Virus record (IMG/VR): IMGVR_UViG_3300031857_001208
Span: 1-25,930 of that record
Strand: one strand, 5' to 3'
Length of the DNA: 25,930 bases
Source: a virus
Lineage: Duplodnaviria; Caudoviricetes
In this document: positions 1 to 8,981 of the stretch, piece by piece
Position numbering within the stretch: the first letter of the stretch is position 1
Layout of the letters: the number at the start of each line of letters is the position of its first letter
Translations under genes and position numbers: made by a program
Notes under the pieces: model-generated
Told to the model about the DNA's origin: nothing
Seen by the model: the letters and a program-made list of their open reading frames with translations, nothing else
Databases searched by the model: none

Positions 1-378
1 CCATTTGAGTATCGTCAGTATGGTACGGAGTTGGCTTTGTGTCAGAGATATTGTTACAAAATTGCAACTTCTGGTGGATATTCAACTTATGCAACTACGG
101 GTATGTTTATAAGTACCACTAGAGTAGACTTTCCTATTTTATTTCCTACATATATGAGGGCATCTCCAACAGGAACATATACAGCCGCAAACACATATTT
201 ACCATCAAGTGCTGGAACAGATTTCACCCCATCTGCTGTTGCATCCGTATCGGGTTCTGCGTGTCCACAAGCAATTACAGTTACCTTTACAGTAAGTGGC
301 GCAACTGCTGGAAGGGCGGCAACATTAACAGATTTAAGTTCAACAGCATCAAACATGATATTTAGTGCGGAGTTATAA
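1..378 (+). CDS. C-terminal part of a tail fibre / carbohydrate-binding virion protein (5'-truncated by the window edge)
   Basis: The frame is open from base 1 (PFEYRQYGTELALCQRYCY...FSAEL). The PFExRxYGxELALCQRY motif and the ending in AEL are typical of phage fibre tip proteins. The TTG at 31 is an internal codon, not the start. Confidence 0.7.
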   Translation, partial: PFEYRQYGTELALCQRYCYKIATSGGYSTYATTGMFISTTRVDFPILFPTYMRASPTGTYTAANTYLPSSAGTDFTPSAVASVSGSACPQAITVTFTVSGATAGRAATLTDLSSTASNMIFSAEL

Positions 379-543
379 ATGTATAAATTACACCTAAACC
401 AAAGAACAAATCAAGAGTGTATGGTTCAGCGTTTGTCGGATAACGCTTACATCCCATTTGACCCAGACAACACCGACTACCAAGCCTACCTAAAGTGGAT
501 TAGCGAAGGCAACACACCAGAACCCGCAGAGGAGAACCAATAA
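379..543 (+). CDS. 54-aa fibre-associated (chaperone-like) protein, below the ORF-track cutoff
   Basis: ATG directly follows the upstream TAA. Translates MYKLHLNQRTNQECMVQRLSDNAYIPFDPDNTDYQAYLKWISEGNTPEPAEENQ. The IPxDPxNxDYQxYLxWxxxGNxPxPA motif commonly follows such fibre genes. Its stop overlaps the next ATG (TAATG). Confidence 0.8.
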   Translation: MYKLHLNQRTNQECMVQRLSDNAYIPFDPDNTDYQAYLKWISEGNTPEPAEENQ

Positions 544-1241
544 TGGCTTTAACACAAGTAGCAGGGGGGCTGATAGCCTCCGGACAAACAATAACAAGCC
601 CAACTCTTGTAACCCCAGTACTTGGAACTCCTTCATCTGGTACTTTGACTAGTTGTACAGGTCTACCTTTAACTACTGGCGTAACCGGAACTCTCCCCGT
701 TGCTAACGGCGGTACAGGCTCTACATCAACCACGTTCGTAAACGCGGCAACAAACGTAACAGGTACGCTCCCCGTTGCTAACGGCGGTACTGGAGCCGCA
801 ACATTAACTGCAAACAACGTACTGCTGGGTAACGGAACAAGTGCACTGGCAACAGTAGCCCCCGGAGCAAACGGAAACATTCTCACTTCTAACGGCACTA
901 CTTGGGTTTCGTCTACTCCAGCAGGTGGCGGTGTTACATCTTTAAATGGACAAACTGGAGCGATTACAAATACATCTTTATATGCCATTGGAAGTTATGT
1001 TTTAGGAAGGTCATTAACAGATGGTGCTATTGCACAAGACACAACACTTGCTGGTTCAAGTTTATATGTAATGTCTGCTGGTGTTTATTTAATTCCTCCT
1101 TCAAGTTGGGGTTCACCAGATGGAGGCACTTCTTCCACAGCACCAGTTTTGGTTAATACTGGAACATGGAGACTTTTATCACAAGCGGGAAACACAAGTG
1201 GTGGTAAAAGAATGTCTGGTTTATGGGTTCGCATTAGTTAA
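543..1241 (+). CDS. Short tail fibre protein
   Basis: 232 aa, T/G/S-rich, with repeated VTGTLPVANGGTG, a GVTSLNGQTG junction and a C-terminal GTWR...LWVRIS tip domain. Followed by a fibre assembly chaperone. Confidence 0.7.
   Translation: MALTQVAGGLIASGQTITSPTLVTPVLGTPSSGTLTSCTGLPLTTGVTGTLPVANGGTGSTSTTFVNAATNVTGTLPVANGGTGAATLTANNVLLGNGTSALATVAPGANGNILTSNGTTWVSSTPAGGGVTSLNGQTGAITNTSLYAIGSYVLGRSLTDGAIAQDTTLAGSSLYVMSAGVYLIPPSSWGSPDGGTSSTAPVLVNTGTWRLLSQAGNTSGGKRMSGLWVRIS
693..790 (+). repeat. 23-bp exact direct repeat (693-715 and 768-790) encoding LPVANGG
   Basis: CTCCCCGTTGCTAACGGCGGTAC occurs twice, 75 bp apart and in frame. Confidence 0.9.
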
Positions 1242-1253
1242 TAAAGAAAGATT

Positions 1254-1652
1254 ATGAATTATTCAAATGTATCAAGTGTGCAATGGGCAAATGCTGAACA
1301 TACAGCCATTAATTGCATGGTCAATTTTGACGATTTGCGTGAAGAATTAGTACCATTTACCGCAGTAGCACAGGGTGATTATCCGCATTCACATGAAATT
1401 TTTGCTCGTTGTGTGGCTGGCGATTTTGGTACTATTGCAGAATACATTCCGCCCCCACAGCCTACAACGGAACAGTTAGCCGCAATTATTCGTAGTCAGC
1501 GGGATAATCTTTTATTGCAATCCGACTGGACTCAACTACCAGACGTGCCACAGGCTACAAGAGACGCGTGGGCAAGTTATCGCCAAGCATTAAGAGATGT
1601 CACCGCTCAGGCGGGTTTCCCTCAAACAATAACATGGCCCACTGCGCCATAA
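1254..1652 (+). CDS. Tail fibre assembly chaperone
   Basis: The C-terminal RSQRDNLLLQSDWTQLPDVP...WASYRQALRDVTAQAGFPQTITWPTAP matches the phage tail assembly chaperone signature. Lies directly after a fibre gene. Confidence 0.85.
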   Translation: MNYSNVSSVQWANAEHTAINCMVNFDDLREELVPFTAVAQGDYPHSHEIFARCVAGDFGTIAEYIPPPQPTTEQLAAIIRSQRDNLLLQSDWTQLPDVPQATRDAWASYRQALRDVTAQAGFPQTITWPTAP

Positions 1653-1658
1653 AAATAA

Positions 1659-2561
1659 ATGTTCGGTTACGCCGCCTTTGCCCAATCTACCTTTGCTGGT
1701 CTTGGCGGGACGGCGTTCGCCTTATCTATCTCTGAAGACATCGCATTAGCAGACGACAGCGCACAAGCATCGGCGTTTCTAAAGTCTATAACCGAACCCA
1801 TAACCGTTGACGAAGTTGAAAATGACGTAGGCGGTAACTTCTTTGGTAGCGTGACGGAAGCAATCTCTCTTGCCGACGCATCTTCTCAAGCCTCAACCTT
1901 CCTGCAATCCATAGCAGAGAACATTACCCTAGCGGACAGCCAAGCAGTTACAGCCCAGTTTGCTGTTGCCCAATCAGAAGACATAACAATCGCAGACAGC
2001 CAAGTGGTTTTCACCGCAGTCTTTAATGACCGCACTGAGCCGTTCACCATAGACGACACGCCAGCGACACAGTTTGCCTACCTTGCCTCGGTCACAGAGC
2101 CAATCACTCTAGAAGACACGCCGACTGCAACAGCCCAGTTTGCCTTGGCAATATCCGAAGCCATAACGATAGAAGAGGTTGAAGCCCTCACTGCCCAGTT
2201 CGCAGCCAGCGTTACAGAGAACATCACCCTCGCTGAACTAATCACTATCTTCAGCGTCTTCTTCTTGGATATTACCGAGAACTTTGGCGTAGCGGATGCC
2301 CAGACTGTCACCGCTACCTTCCTGCAAGACATCACTGAGAACATCACCCTTGCGGATGTGCCGACCATCCAAGCCGCGTTCCAAGCCGCCATTGCCGAGA
2401 ACATCAATATGGCAGACAATACACAGGTAGCGGGCTGGATAAAAATCATCGACGACCAGACAGCAAACTGGGCGTTAATCAGCAACACCGAAAACGCAGG
2501 CTGGACAGTGGTTGACACCACCGAAAATGCAGGCTGGACAGTAATAAACAACCTTCAATGA
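1659..2561 (+). CDS. Acidic ~20-aa tandem-repeat virion protein (fibre/solenoid-like)
   Basis: About 12 repeats of xxx[IV][TSA]ExI[TS][LI]xDxxxxxxxF (e.g. LQSIAENITLADSQAVTAQF), an MFGYAAFAQSTFA N-terminus and W-containing 11-aa repeats at the C-terminus. Confidence 0.65.
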   Translation: MFGYAAFAQSTFAGLGGTAFALSISEDIALADDSAQASAFLKSITEPITVDEVENDVGGNFFGSVTEAISLADASSQASTFLQSIAENITLADSQAVTAQFAVAQSEDITIADSQVVFTAVFNDRTEPFTIDDTPATQFAYLASVTEPITLEDTPTATAQFALAISEAITIEEVEALTAQFAASVTENITLAELITIFSVFFLDITENFGVADAQTVTATFLQDITENITLADVPTIQAAFQAAIAENINMADNTQVAGWIKIIDDQTANWALISNTENAGWTVVDTTENAGWTVINNLQ

Positions 2562-2569
2562 GGTAAACC

Positions 2570-3604
2570 ATGTCAAGTACGTACTCACCCAATCTAAAAA
2601 TTGAACTGATGGGCAACGGTGACCAAGCAGGTAACTGGGGGTCAACAACCAACACCAACCTTGGCACGCTGATTGAACAGGCTATCTCAGGCTATGTAAC
2701 CCAATCCGTCTCTACTGGCACGGACACCATAATCACTATCCCAGACGGTGCGACTGGTGTTGCCCGTAACATGTTCATTGAACTAACGGGTACAGGCGGA
2801 GCAAGCACTAACTTAATAGTGCCGACTAATAAGAAGCTGTACTTCATCTATAACAACACCTCTAGCGGTCAGGTCACAGTAAAAGTTACAGGTCTGACGG
2901 GTGTATCCGTGCCCAACGGGGCGAAGATGATTCTGGTGTCTAACGGCACAGACATAGTCAACGCCACTAACTACATGGCGTCTTTGACCCTTGGTTCTGC
3001 TCTGCCCGTCACTTCTGGTGGCACAGGGGGTACTACTTCTACAGGTTCTGGCGCGGTTGTTCTGGCTACTAGCCCTACGCTGGTAACTCCTGCTTTGGGA
3101 ACTCCTACATCTGGAGTGATGACTAACGTAACTGGAACGGCATCTGGTCTGACTGCTGGTTCTTTGGTGGCTGGTGCGGCGTTCTCAACTCCGTCAATCA
3201 CTATCCCAAGCGTTATTGGTGCAATGTTGGAGGCGGCAACCATAACGGCATCTGCTCCCGTATCCAGCACTAACTACGATGTGTCTACCCAGACGGTGCA
3301 GTACTACACAAGTAACGCCACAGTTAACTTCACGCTAAATATCCGTGGTAACGGCTCAACTTCGCTAAACACTTTGATGGCTACAGGCCAAGCCATGACC
3401 CTTGCGCTACTAATTACAAACGGTTCAACTGCTTACTACCCCAACGTAATTCAGATTGACGGCTCAACAGTAACCCCTAAGTGGCAAAACGCCATAACCC
3501 CCACTGCGGGAATTGCTAATGCAATAAACATCTATGTGTTTACTGTTATTAAAACAGCCAGCGGCGTATACACAGTCCTTGGCTCACAGACTCAGTTTGC
3601 ATAA
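2570..3604 (+). CDS. Tail / fibre-anchoring structural protein
   Basis: 344 aa with a GAGG RBS. The N-terminal STYSxNLKIELxxxGxQAGxWGxTTNxNL is common in podovirus-like tail modules. Shares SPTLVTPxLGTPxSG with ORF 543. Confidence 0.7.
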   Translation: MSSTYSPNLKIELMGNGDQAGNWGSTTNTNLGTLIEQAISGYVTQSVSTGTDTIITIPDGATGVARNMFIELTGTGGASTNLIVPTNKKLYFIYNNTSSGQVTVKVTGLTGVSVPNGAKMILVSNGTDIVNATNYMASLTLGSALPVTSGGTGGTTSTGSGAVVLATSPTLVTPALGTPTSGVMTNVTGTASGLTAGSLVAGAAFSTPSITIPSVIGAMLEAATITASAPVSSTNYDVSTQTVQYYTSNATVNFTLNIRGNGSTSLNTLMATGQAMTLALLITNGSTAYYPNVIQIDGSTVTPKWQNAITPTAGIANAINIYVFTVIKTASGVYTVLGSQTQFA

Positions 3605-4368
3605 TGCCAATACTAACTAACCTTGGTTCTGCTACCGCCCGTGGCTACGGCTTTGGTGGGGTTGTTGTGTATGCGCTTACTATTTCAAGCAATCAAACCG
3701 ACTTGAATCTAAGAACGTATGCGTTAGCAAATGGTTGGACGGCATCAGGCTCACTACTCCAAGTAACGGTTAACGCAGGGGTTTACATCTTGGCAAGCGG
3801 GACAGGCACTCCAGCACTAACAATCAACGGAACATATCCCGGTGGCGTAGTCCTCATAAACAACGGATACATCATTGGCTATGGCGGTGCGGGCGGTGCT
3901 GGTGGTTCTGGTGACCCTCCCGCTAACAGAGTTGGTTCACCCGGCTCTTCTGGTGGCACAGGTATTTCTGCTTCATCTGCGGTAAGAATTGCAAACAACG
4001 GCACTGTTGCTGGCGGTGGCGGTGGTGCTGGTGGTGGCGGCGGTTCAAACTTTGGTGATTGGTACGGCGGCGGTGGCGGCGGTGGCGGTGCTACTTATGG
4101 TGCTGGCGGTGCTGCTGGGGCTTCAAGTGGTCCGGGTACAGGTACATCAGGTCCGGGAGCCGCAGGTACTTTGAGCGCTGGAGGCGCGGGCGGGCGTAGT
4201 AACTATGCTACTGGCGGTACAGGTGGTGGTTGGGGTGCGTCTGGTGCGGCAGGTAACAATAGCTCACAAGCAAGTGGTGGCGCAGGTGGCGGAGCAGGTA
4301 ACTACATAGTAGGTAACTCCAACGTAACTTGGCTAGTAAACGGCACTCGCTTGGGCGGGGTGTCTTAA
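3604..4368 (+). CDS. Glycine-rich adhesin-like receptor-binding protein (T-even gp38-like architecture)
   Basis: Translationally coupled (TAATG). Many poly-Gly tracts separated by short variable loops, INNGYIIGYGGAGG and NNGTVAGGGG segments, and an ending in VTWLVNGTRLGGVS. Confidence 0.6.
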   Translation: MPILTNLGSATARGYGFGGVVVYALTISSNQTDLNLRTYALANGWTASGSLLQVTVNAGVYILASGTGTPALTINGTYPGGVVLINNGYIIGYGGAGGAGGSGDPPANRVGSPGSSGGTGISASSAVRIANNGTVAGGGGGAGGGGGSNFGDWYGGGGGGGGATYGAGGAAGASSGPGTGTSGPGAAGTLSAGGAGGRSNYATGGTGGGWGASGAAGNNSSQASGGAGGGAGNYIVGNSNVTWLVNGTRLGGVS

Positions 4369-4371
4369 AGT

Positions 4372-5094
4372 GTGGATCCTTTCACTCTTCTCATGGCGGC
4401 CCAAACCGCCGTTGGCTTTATCAAGCAGGGGTGCGCTCTATTGCATGAAGGGCGTATGGAGTTGGAAGGGGCTAAGAAGACGGCAGAACAGGTTATCGGA
4501 GATGTCAAAGCAATCAAGGGCATTTTTGATTGGTTCATTGGGTTGTTTAAGTATACAGTCCGGGAAAATAAGTATACAGAGCCGTCAAAGCCTGTGGCGC
4601 AAAAGAAGGCCGCAGCCAAGCAACAATCCTACGAAGAACTTGAACTCAAACTCATCAGCGAAGTGGGCACACAGTTGGGAGAATTCTTTGATATTCAGCA
4701 ACAACTTCAGACCTACTACCATGAGTTAGAGGAGCAGTCAAAAACTAACTACGACCCAGCCCAGAACACCAGCAAAAAAGCCATAGAGCGTGCGCTAGTT
4801 GAGTTGCAGTTAGAGAAGTTGGGAGAGCAAATCAGGGAGCAGATGACAACATATGCACCCAAAGAGTTGAAAGCAATCTACAGCCGATTCCTAAAGATGT
4901 ACGCCAAGATTGAGCAAGAGCAGGAGTGGGCTAGGTCAGAGATGGTTCGTCGGGCTAGGTTGGCAAGGTGGCAGAAAGAGCAAGACGAGATTCGGGTTAT
5001 TGAAACAACAACTGGAGTAATTGCCGTGATGTTCATATCGATGTTTTTTGGGTGGCTAATGTGGCAACTACGCGCCTTGTCTGGTGGATTTTGA
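4372..5094 (+). CDS. Hypothetical coiled-coil protein with a C-terminal transmembrane helix
   Basis: 240 aa with a GTG start 3 nt after the upstream stop. Helical, E/K/Q-rich body and a hydrophobic GVIAVMFISMFFGWLMW segment. First gene of the lysis block. Confidence 0.7.
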   Translation: MDPFTLLMAAQTAVGFIKQGCALLHEGRMELEGAKKTAEQVIGDVKAIKGIFDWFIGLFKYTVRENKYTEPSKPVAQKKAAAKQQSYEELELKLISEVGTQLGEFFDIQQQLQTYYHELEEQSKTNYDPAQNTSKKAIERALVELQLEKLGEQIREQMTTYAPKELKAIYSRFLKMYAKIEQEQEWARSEMVRRARLARWQKEQDEIRVIETTTGVIAVMFISMFFGWLMWQLRALSGGF

Positions 5095-5228
5095 TAGGAG
5101 TCGCTATATGTATAGTCGTTGCAGCAACCTCAATGGCATACGTAGAAACCCTATATATGCGAGCACAACTCAAACAAGAGATTAAAGAGTTGCGCAAACT
5201 GAAACGTGAATTAAAGGAATCAAAATGA
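5052..5228 (+). CDS. 58-aa single-pass membrane protein with a basic coiled-coil tail (not in ORF track)
   Basis: GTG-start frame MANVATTRLVWWILIGVAICIVVAATSMAYVETLYMRAQLKQEIKELRKLKRELKESK fills the gap, and its TGA overlaps the next ATG (ATGA). The start could instead be 5061. Confidence 0.65.
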   Translation: MANVATTRLVWWILIGVAICIVVAATSMAYVETLYMRAQLKQEIKELRKLKRELKESK

Positions 5229-5731
5229 TGACACTATTCTCAACCCTACTGTCTTTCCTGATGGGCGGGTTACCCAAACTGTTTGACTTCTTCCAAGACC
5301 GTGCGGACAAGGCGCATGAGATTGCTTTAGCAGCCATGCAGACTGAGCGTGAACTGGCTCTGCGTAAAGCAGGTTTAGAAGCCCAAGAGCGCATTGAGCA
5401 TATCCAGACAGAGCAGATTCAGATTAACGCTGAAGTAACCAACGCACAGACAGCCATGCAAGAGCGCCAAGCCCTGTATGCCCATGACATCGCTATTGGA
5501 CAAGGTGCCAGCCAGTGGGTAACTAACGCCCGTGCTATGGTGCGTCCCGCCATAACTTATGGTCTGTTTGTCTTGTTTGGCTTCGTAGAAATCTTTGGCT
5601 TCTGGTTCGCCTATCACAAGGAAGTGCCATTTGAAGTTGCTCTAGACTTGCTGTGGGACAACGAGACACAAATCATCTGGGCATCCGTGGTGTCTTTCTG
5701 GTTTGGCACACAAGCATTTGGCAAGAAATGA
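5225..5731 (+). CDS. Holin-like membrane protein (resembles 3-TM GTA-type holins)
   Basis: AAGGA RBS, hydrophobic N-terminus, coiled middle, then WVxxxRAxVRPxITY plus a TM helix and a C-terminal VVSFWFG motif. Overlaps the lysozyme start. Confidence 0.6.
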   Translation: MMTLFSTLLSFLMGGLPKLFDFFQDRADKAHEIALAAMQTERELALRKAGLEAQERIEHIQTEQIQINAEVTNAQTAMQERQALYAHDIAIGQGASQWVTNARAMVRPAITYGLFVLFGFVEIFGFWFAYHKEVPFEVALDLLWDNETQIIWASVVSFWFGTQAFGKK

Positions 5732-6204
5732 ACCTGTCAGATAAAGCCCTCAAGATGATTAAGCACCATGAAGGGGTGCGTCAGAAGCCTTACCGTTGCC
5801 CAGCCAAGCTATGGACGGTGGGGGTGGGGCATGTCTTGTATCCAGAGCAGGGCAAGTTAAAGATAGAAGACCGCGATGGGTTTGCTCTCAAAGACGCAGA
5901 CAACCGCACATTCAGCATGGAAGAAGTCGATGGAATTCTTAAAGCAGATTTGGCTCGCTTTGAGCGAGGTGTGGTTCAGTTCTGTCCTGTTCCCCTCACT
6001 CAAGGTCAGTACGATGCTCTCATATCTTTTAGTTTTAATGTTGGTCTGGGAACACTACAGCGCTCAACCCTCCGTCAGAAGGTTCTTCGCGGGGATATGG
6101 AAGGCGCGGCGGAGGAACTCTTGAAGTATTGCAAAGCGGGTGGGAAAATACTCAAAGGGTTAGAGACTCGTCGCAAAGATGAACGCGCCCTGTTCTTAGG
6201 ATAA
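5728..6204 (+). CDS. Endolysin, GH24 phage lysozyme
   Basis: HEGVRQKPYRCPAKLWTVGVGH gives the E-x8-C-x5-T triad. Also QYDALISFSFNVG and GLxxRRxxE. The start is most likely the ATG at 5728 (ATGA overlap with the holin stop). Confidence 0.92.
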   Translation: MNLSDKALKMIKHHEGVRQKPYRCPAKLWTVGVGHVLYPEQGKLKIEDRDGFALKDADNRTFSMEEVDGILKADLARFERGVVQFCPVPLTQGQYDALISFSFNVGLGTLQRSTLRQKVLRGDMEGAAEELLKYCKAGGKILKGLETRRKDERALFLG

Positions 6205-6207
6205 AAC

Positions 6208-8322
6208 ATGCCATTACAAAAACTACAGTTCAGGCCCGGTGTAAACAGAGAGGGCACTACTCTCTCAAACGAGGGTGGCTATTTTGACGGCGACAAAATT
6301 CGTTTCCGTTCTGGCTTTCCTGAAAAGATTGGTGGCTGGCAACGTGACGGCGGTTTAGCCGCTACAACAGAACCCGTGACAACACTTGTGGCTACCAGTG
6401 GACTTACAACTGCGGCTGTGCCACCTAGCGGTGCGTTCTGGGGTGTTGCCAAAGCCATGTGGAATTGGATTAACCTGACAGGCTACAACTTATTGGCGGT
6501 TGGCACTAACCTCAAGTACTACATTCAGAACTCTAGTGGCGGTTCGTATAACGACGTAACCCCCATTCGCCTAACTAATACAGCGGTAGCCAACGCTTTC
6601 ACTACGACGGACACCTCATCGACTGTGACGGTTAACGATGCTGGACATGGCGCACAGGCAGGAGACTTTGTGAATATTACTAGCGTATCAGGCACTGTTA
6701 ACGGCATAACCGCTGCTCAGTTAACTGGAGAGTTCCAAGTCCAGACTGTTACAAGTAACAACACATACACAGTCCTTTCGGGTGGTACGGCAACCTCTAC
6801 TGGCACATCCGCTGTTACTGCAACATTTAACTATCAACTCACTACTGGTAACACAACTTTTACTTACGGTACAGGCTGGGGTGTAGGTGGTTGGGGCGGT
6901 GTTACCACAGGGTATCCAGACACAGGCTGGGGTTCTCCTGCGCCAGCGGGCTTGGGTATTGGTGTGCAGTTGCGTCTATGGAGTCAGTCTAACTACGGTG
7001 AAGACTTGGTGTTTAACCCCCGTGGCGCTGCTATGTATTACTGGGCTAACAACGCTAACCCAAACATTTACGACCGTGGGCAGATCATTAAAGCAGGCAC
7101 TGCTGTAGCCACAAAGTCCGGGTCGTTTACACCTGATGCCACCTGCCCGTCTATTGCTAACTTTGTATTGGTGTCTGACGCTTCACGCTTTACGTTTGCT
7201 TTTGGTTGCAATGATCCAACTGGCGTGTATGCAACGACTGCACAAGACCCTATGCAAGTGCGTTGGTCTGACCAGAATACATTGGTTACATGGTTGCCCC
7301 TTGTTACTAACCAAGCAGGCGGTATCCGTCTAAGCCACGGGTCAGCAATCATCACTGCTATTCAAACTCGTCAAGAGATTTTGGTTCTGACGGATTCAGC
7401 CATTTACTCCTTCCAATATCTTGGCGCTCCTTATGTGTGGAACAGCCAGATACTTGGAGACAACATTTCTGTTGCTAGTCCCAACGCAGTATCTACAGTA
7501 AACAACGTCACCTACTGGATGGGTACAGATAAGTTCTATATGTACTCTGGACGGGTGGAAACACTGCCTTGCGCTTTGCGTCAGTACATTTACGGCAACA
7601 TAAATTTGCAAGAGTCCTATCAGATTCACTCTGGGACTAACGAAGGCTACAACGAAATCTGGTGGTTCTATCCATCTATTACAGGTACAACCTCTACTGG
7701 TGAGAACGGCACAGGAACTCCCGGTTCGCCAAACATCTTGATTGACCGCTACGTCATCTATAACCATCTAGAGCGTACTTGGTACTACGGCACTATGAAC
7801 GGTACGACTGTGCGCCCCCGCACTGCTTGGTTAGACAGCCCGTTACGTTCCGAGCCTATGGCGGCTATTGGATATACCTCTAGCGGTACTTATACAAATG
7901 GTGCGGTGGTGTACCAAGAAACGGGTGTAGATAACAACGAGACTGGCACTCCAATTGCCATTGATTCTTATGTTCAATCCTCGGACTTTGATATTGGTGA
8001 CGGTCATAATTTTGGTTTTGTGTGGAGGCTTATACCTGACATCACATTTGATGGCTCCTCCTCAGCAGCGCCCTCCGTTAATTTCACGGTTCGCCCTCGT
8101 CAAAACCCCGGCTCCAATTACGGCACCTCAAACAACCCGTCCGTAGAAAGCGCACAGTCTTACGCAAGCACAACGACATACAACGTCCAACAATTTACCC
8201 AGCAGGTGTTTGTGCGGATACGTGGACGTCAGATGGCGTTTAAGATTTCATCATCAGACCTCGGCACACAGTGGCAATTAGGTGTTCCACGTATTGATGT
8301 CAGACCGGACGGTCGTCGATGA
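6208..8322 (+). CDS. Tail tube / DNA stabilisation protein (P22 gp10 / T7 gp12-like position)
   Basis: 704 aa, beta-rich, MPLxKLxFRPGVNRE start, VRWSDQ, YWMG..FYxYxGxVxxLPC and EIWWFYPS motifs, ending in RIDVRPDGRR. Located upstream of the ejection proteins. Confidence 0.7.
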   Translation: MPLQKLQFRPGVNREGTTLSNEGGYFDGDKIRFRSGFPEKIGGWQRDGGLAATTEPVTTLVATSGLTTAAVPPSGAFWGVAKAMWNWINLTGYNLLAVGTNLKYYIQNSSGGSYNDVTPIRLTNTAVANAFTTTDTSSTVTVNDAGHGAQAGDFVNITSVSGTVNGITAAQLTGEFQVQTVTSNNTYTVLSGGTATSTGTSAVTATFNYQLTTGNTTFTYGTGWGVGGWGGVTTGYPDTGWGSPAPAGLGIGVQLRLWSQSNYGEDLVFNPRGAAMYYWANNANPNIYDRGQIIKAGTAVATKSGSFTPDATCPSIANFVLVSDASRFTFAFGCNDPTGVYATTAQDPMQVRWSDQNTLVTWLPLVTNQAGGIRLSHGSAIITAIQTRQEILVLTDSAIYSFQYLGAPYVWNSQILGDNISVASPNAVSTVNNVTYWMGTDKFYMYSGRVETLPCALRQYIYGNINLQESYQIHSGTNEGYNEIWWFYPSITGTTSTGENGTGTPGSPNILIDRYVIYNHLERTWYYGTMNGTTVRPRTAWLDSPLRSEPMAAIGYTSSGTYTNGAVVYQETGVDNNETGTPIAIDSYVQSSDFDIGDGHNFGFVWRLIPDITFDGSSSAAPSVNFTVRPRQNPGSNYGTSNNPSVESAQSYASTTTYNVQQFTQQVFVRIRGRQMAFKISSSDLGTQWQLGVPRIDVRPDGRR

Positions 8323-8981
8323 CACTACCTTTAGAACGCGCCTTTGCGTTAATCCCACCAAATGCGCCGCGCCTACCTGCGGCTCCAGTTGAGTACGACC
8401 AGAGATACGTAGATACCTTAACGGGCATTTTGCGTCAGTACTTCAACACAATTGATAACTTTACGCAGGCATTTTCTTCTGGTACAGGCGGTGCGTTTTT
8501 ACAGCTTCCTTACGGAGCGTTTTCCAGCGATCAAGATCAAACAACGACAGCTAATACAGCCACGTTAATGACGCTGAACACAACCGACTTTGCCAACGGT
8601 ATATCTATTGCCTCATCTAAGATTACGGTAGCGGTTTCTGGAATCTACAACTTACAGTTCAGCACGCAGTTTCAAAATACGGACAATCAGATTCAAGACA
8701 TCAGCATTTGGCTAAAACAAAACGGCACAGATATTGTTGGGTCAACTGGTTATGTGTCTATCCCCGCCAGAAAGAGTGCGTCAGCGGGCGAGGAGGCGCA
8801 TGAGATTATTGGGTGGAACTACTATGTTAGTTTGACGGCTGGGCAATACATTGAAATTTACTGGTCGGCAACAAATGCGTCTGTAACTATCCAAGCGTAT
8901 CCCGCTTCCACAGGCCCGGTCCGTCCATCAACACAGTCTGTGGTAGCCACAATGACATTTGTGTCTGCGCTCTTCCCGTGA
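8319..8981 (+). CDS. Virion protein with a probable C1q/TNF-like jelly-roll C-terminal domain
   Basis: ATGA-coupled. LPxAPxEYDxxY helical N-terminus, then PYGAF...ITVAVSGIYNLQFSTQF...LTAGQYIEIYW beta-strand pattern. Confidence 0.55.
   Translation: MTLPLERAFALIPPNAPRLPAAPVEYDQRYVDTLTGILRQYFNTIDNFTQAFSSGTGGAFLQLPYGAFSSDQDQTTTANTATLMTLNTTDFANGISIASSKITVAVSGIYNLQFSTQFQNTDNQIQDISIWLKQNGTDIVGSTGYVSIPARKSASAGEEAHEIIGWNYYVSLTAGQYIEIYWSATNASVTIQAYPASTGPVRPSTQSVVATMTFVSALFP

Noticed and set aside
1-4368. Diversity-generating retroelement acting on the fibre tips
   Set aside because: No reverse transcriptase and no template/variable repeat pair differing at adenines are visible in this window.
5052-5228. 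o-spanin lipoprotein
   Set aside because: The Cys context VAIC does not fit the lipobox, and the Cys lies mid-helix.
5225-5230. Lambda-S-type dual start in the holin
   Set aside because: ATG ATG are adjacent with no charged residue between them, so there is no basis for a holin/antiholin pair.
5653-5727. N-terminal extension (possible SAR domain) on the lysozyme
   Set aside because: It overlaps the holin-like gene and is not a Gly/Ala-rich TM helix. The ATG at 5728 has the usual ATGA coupling.
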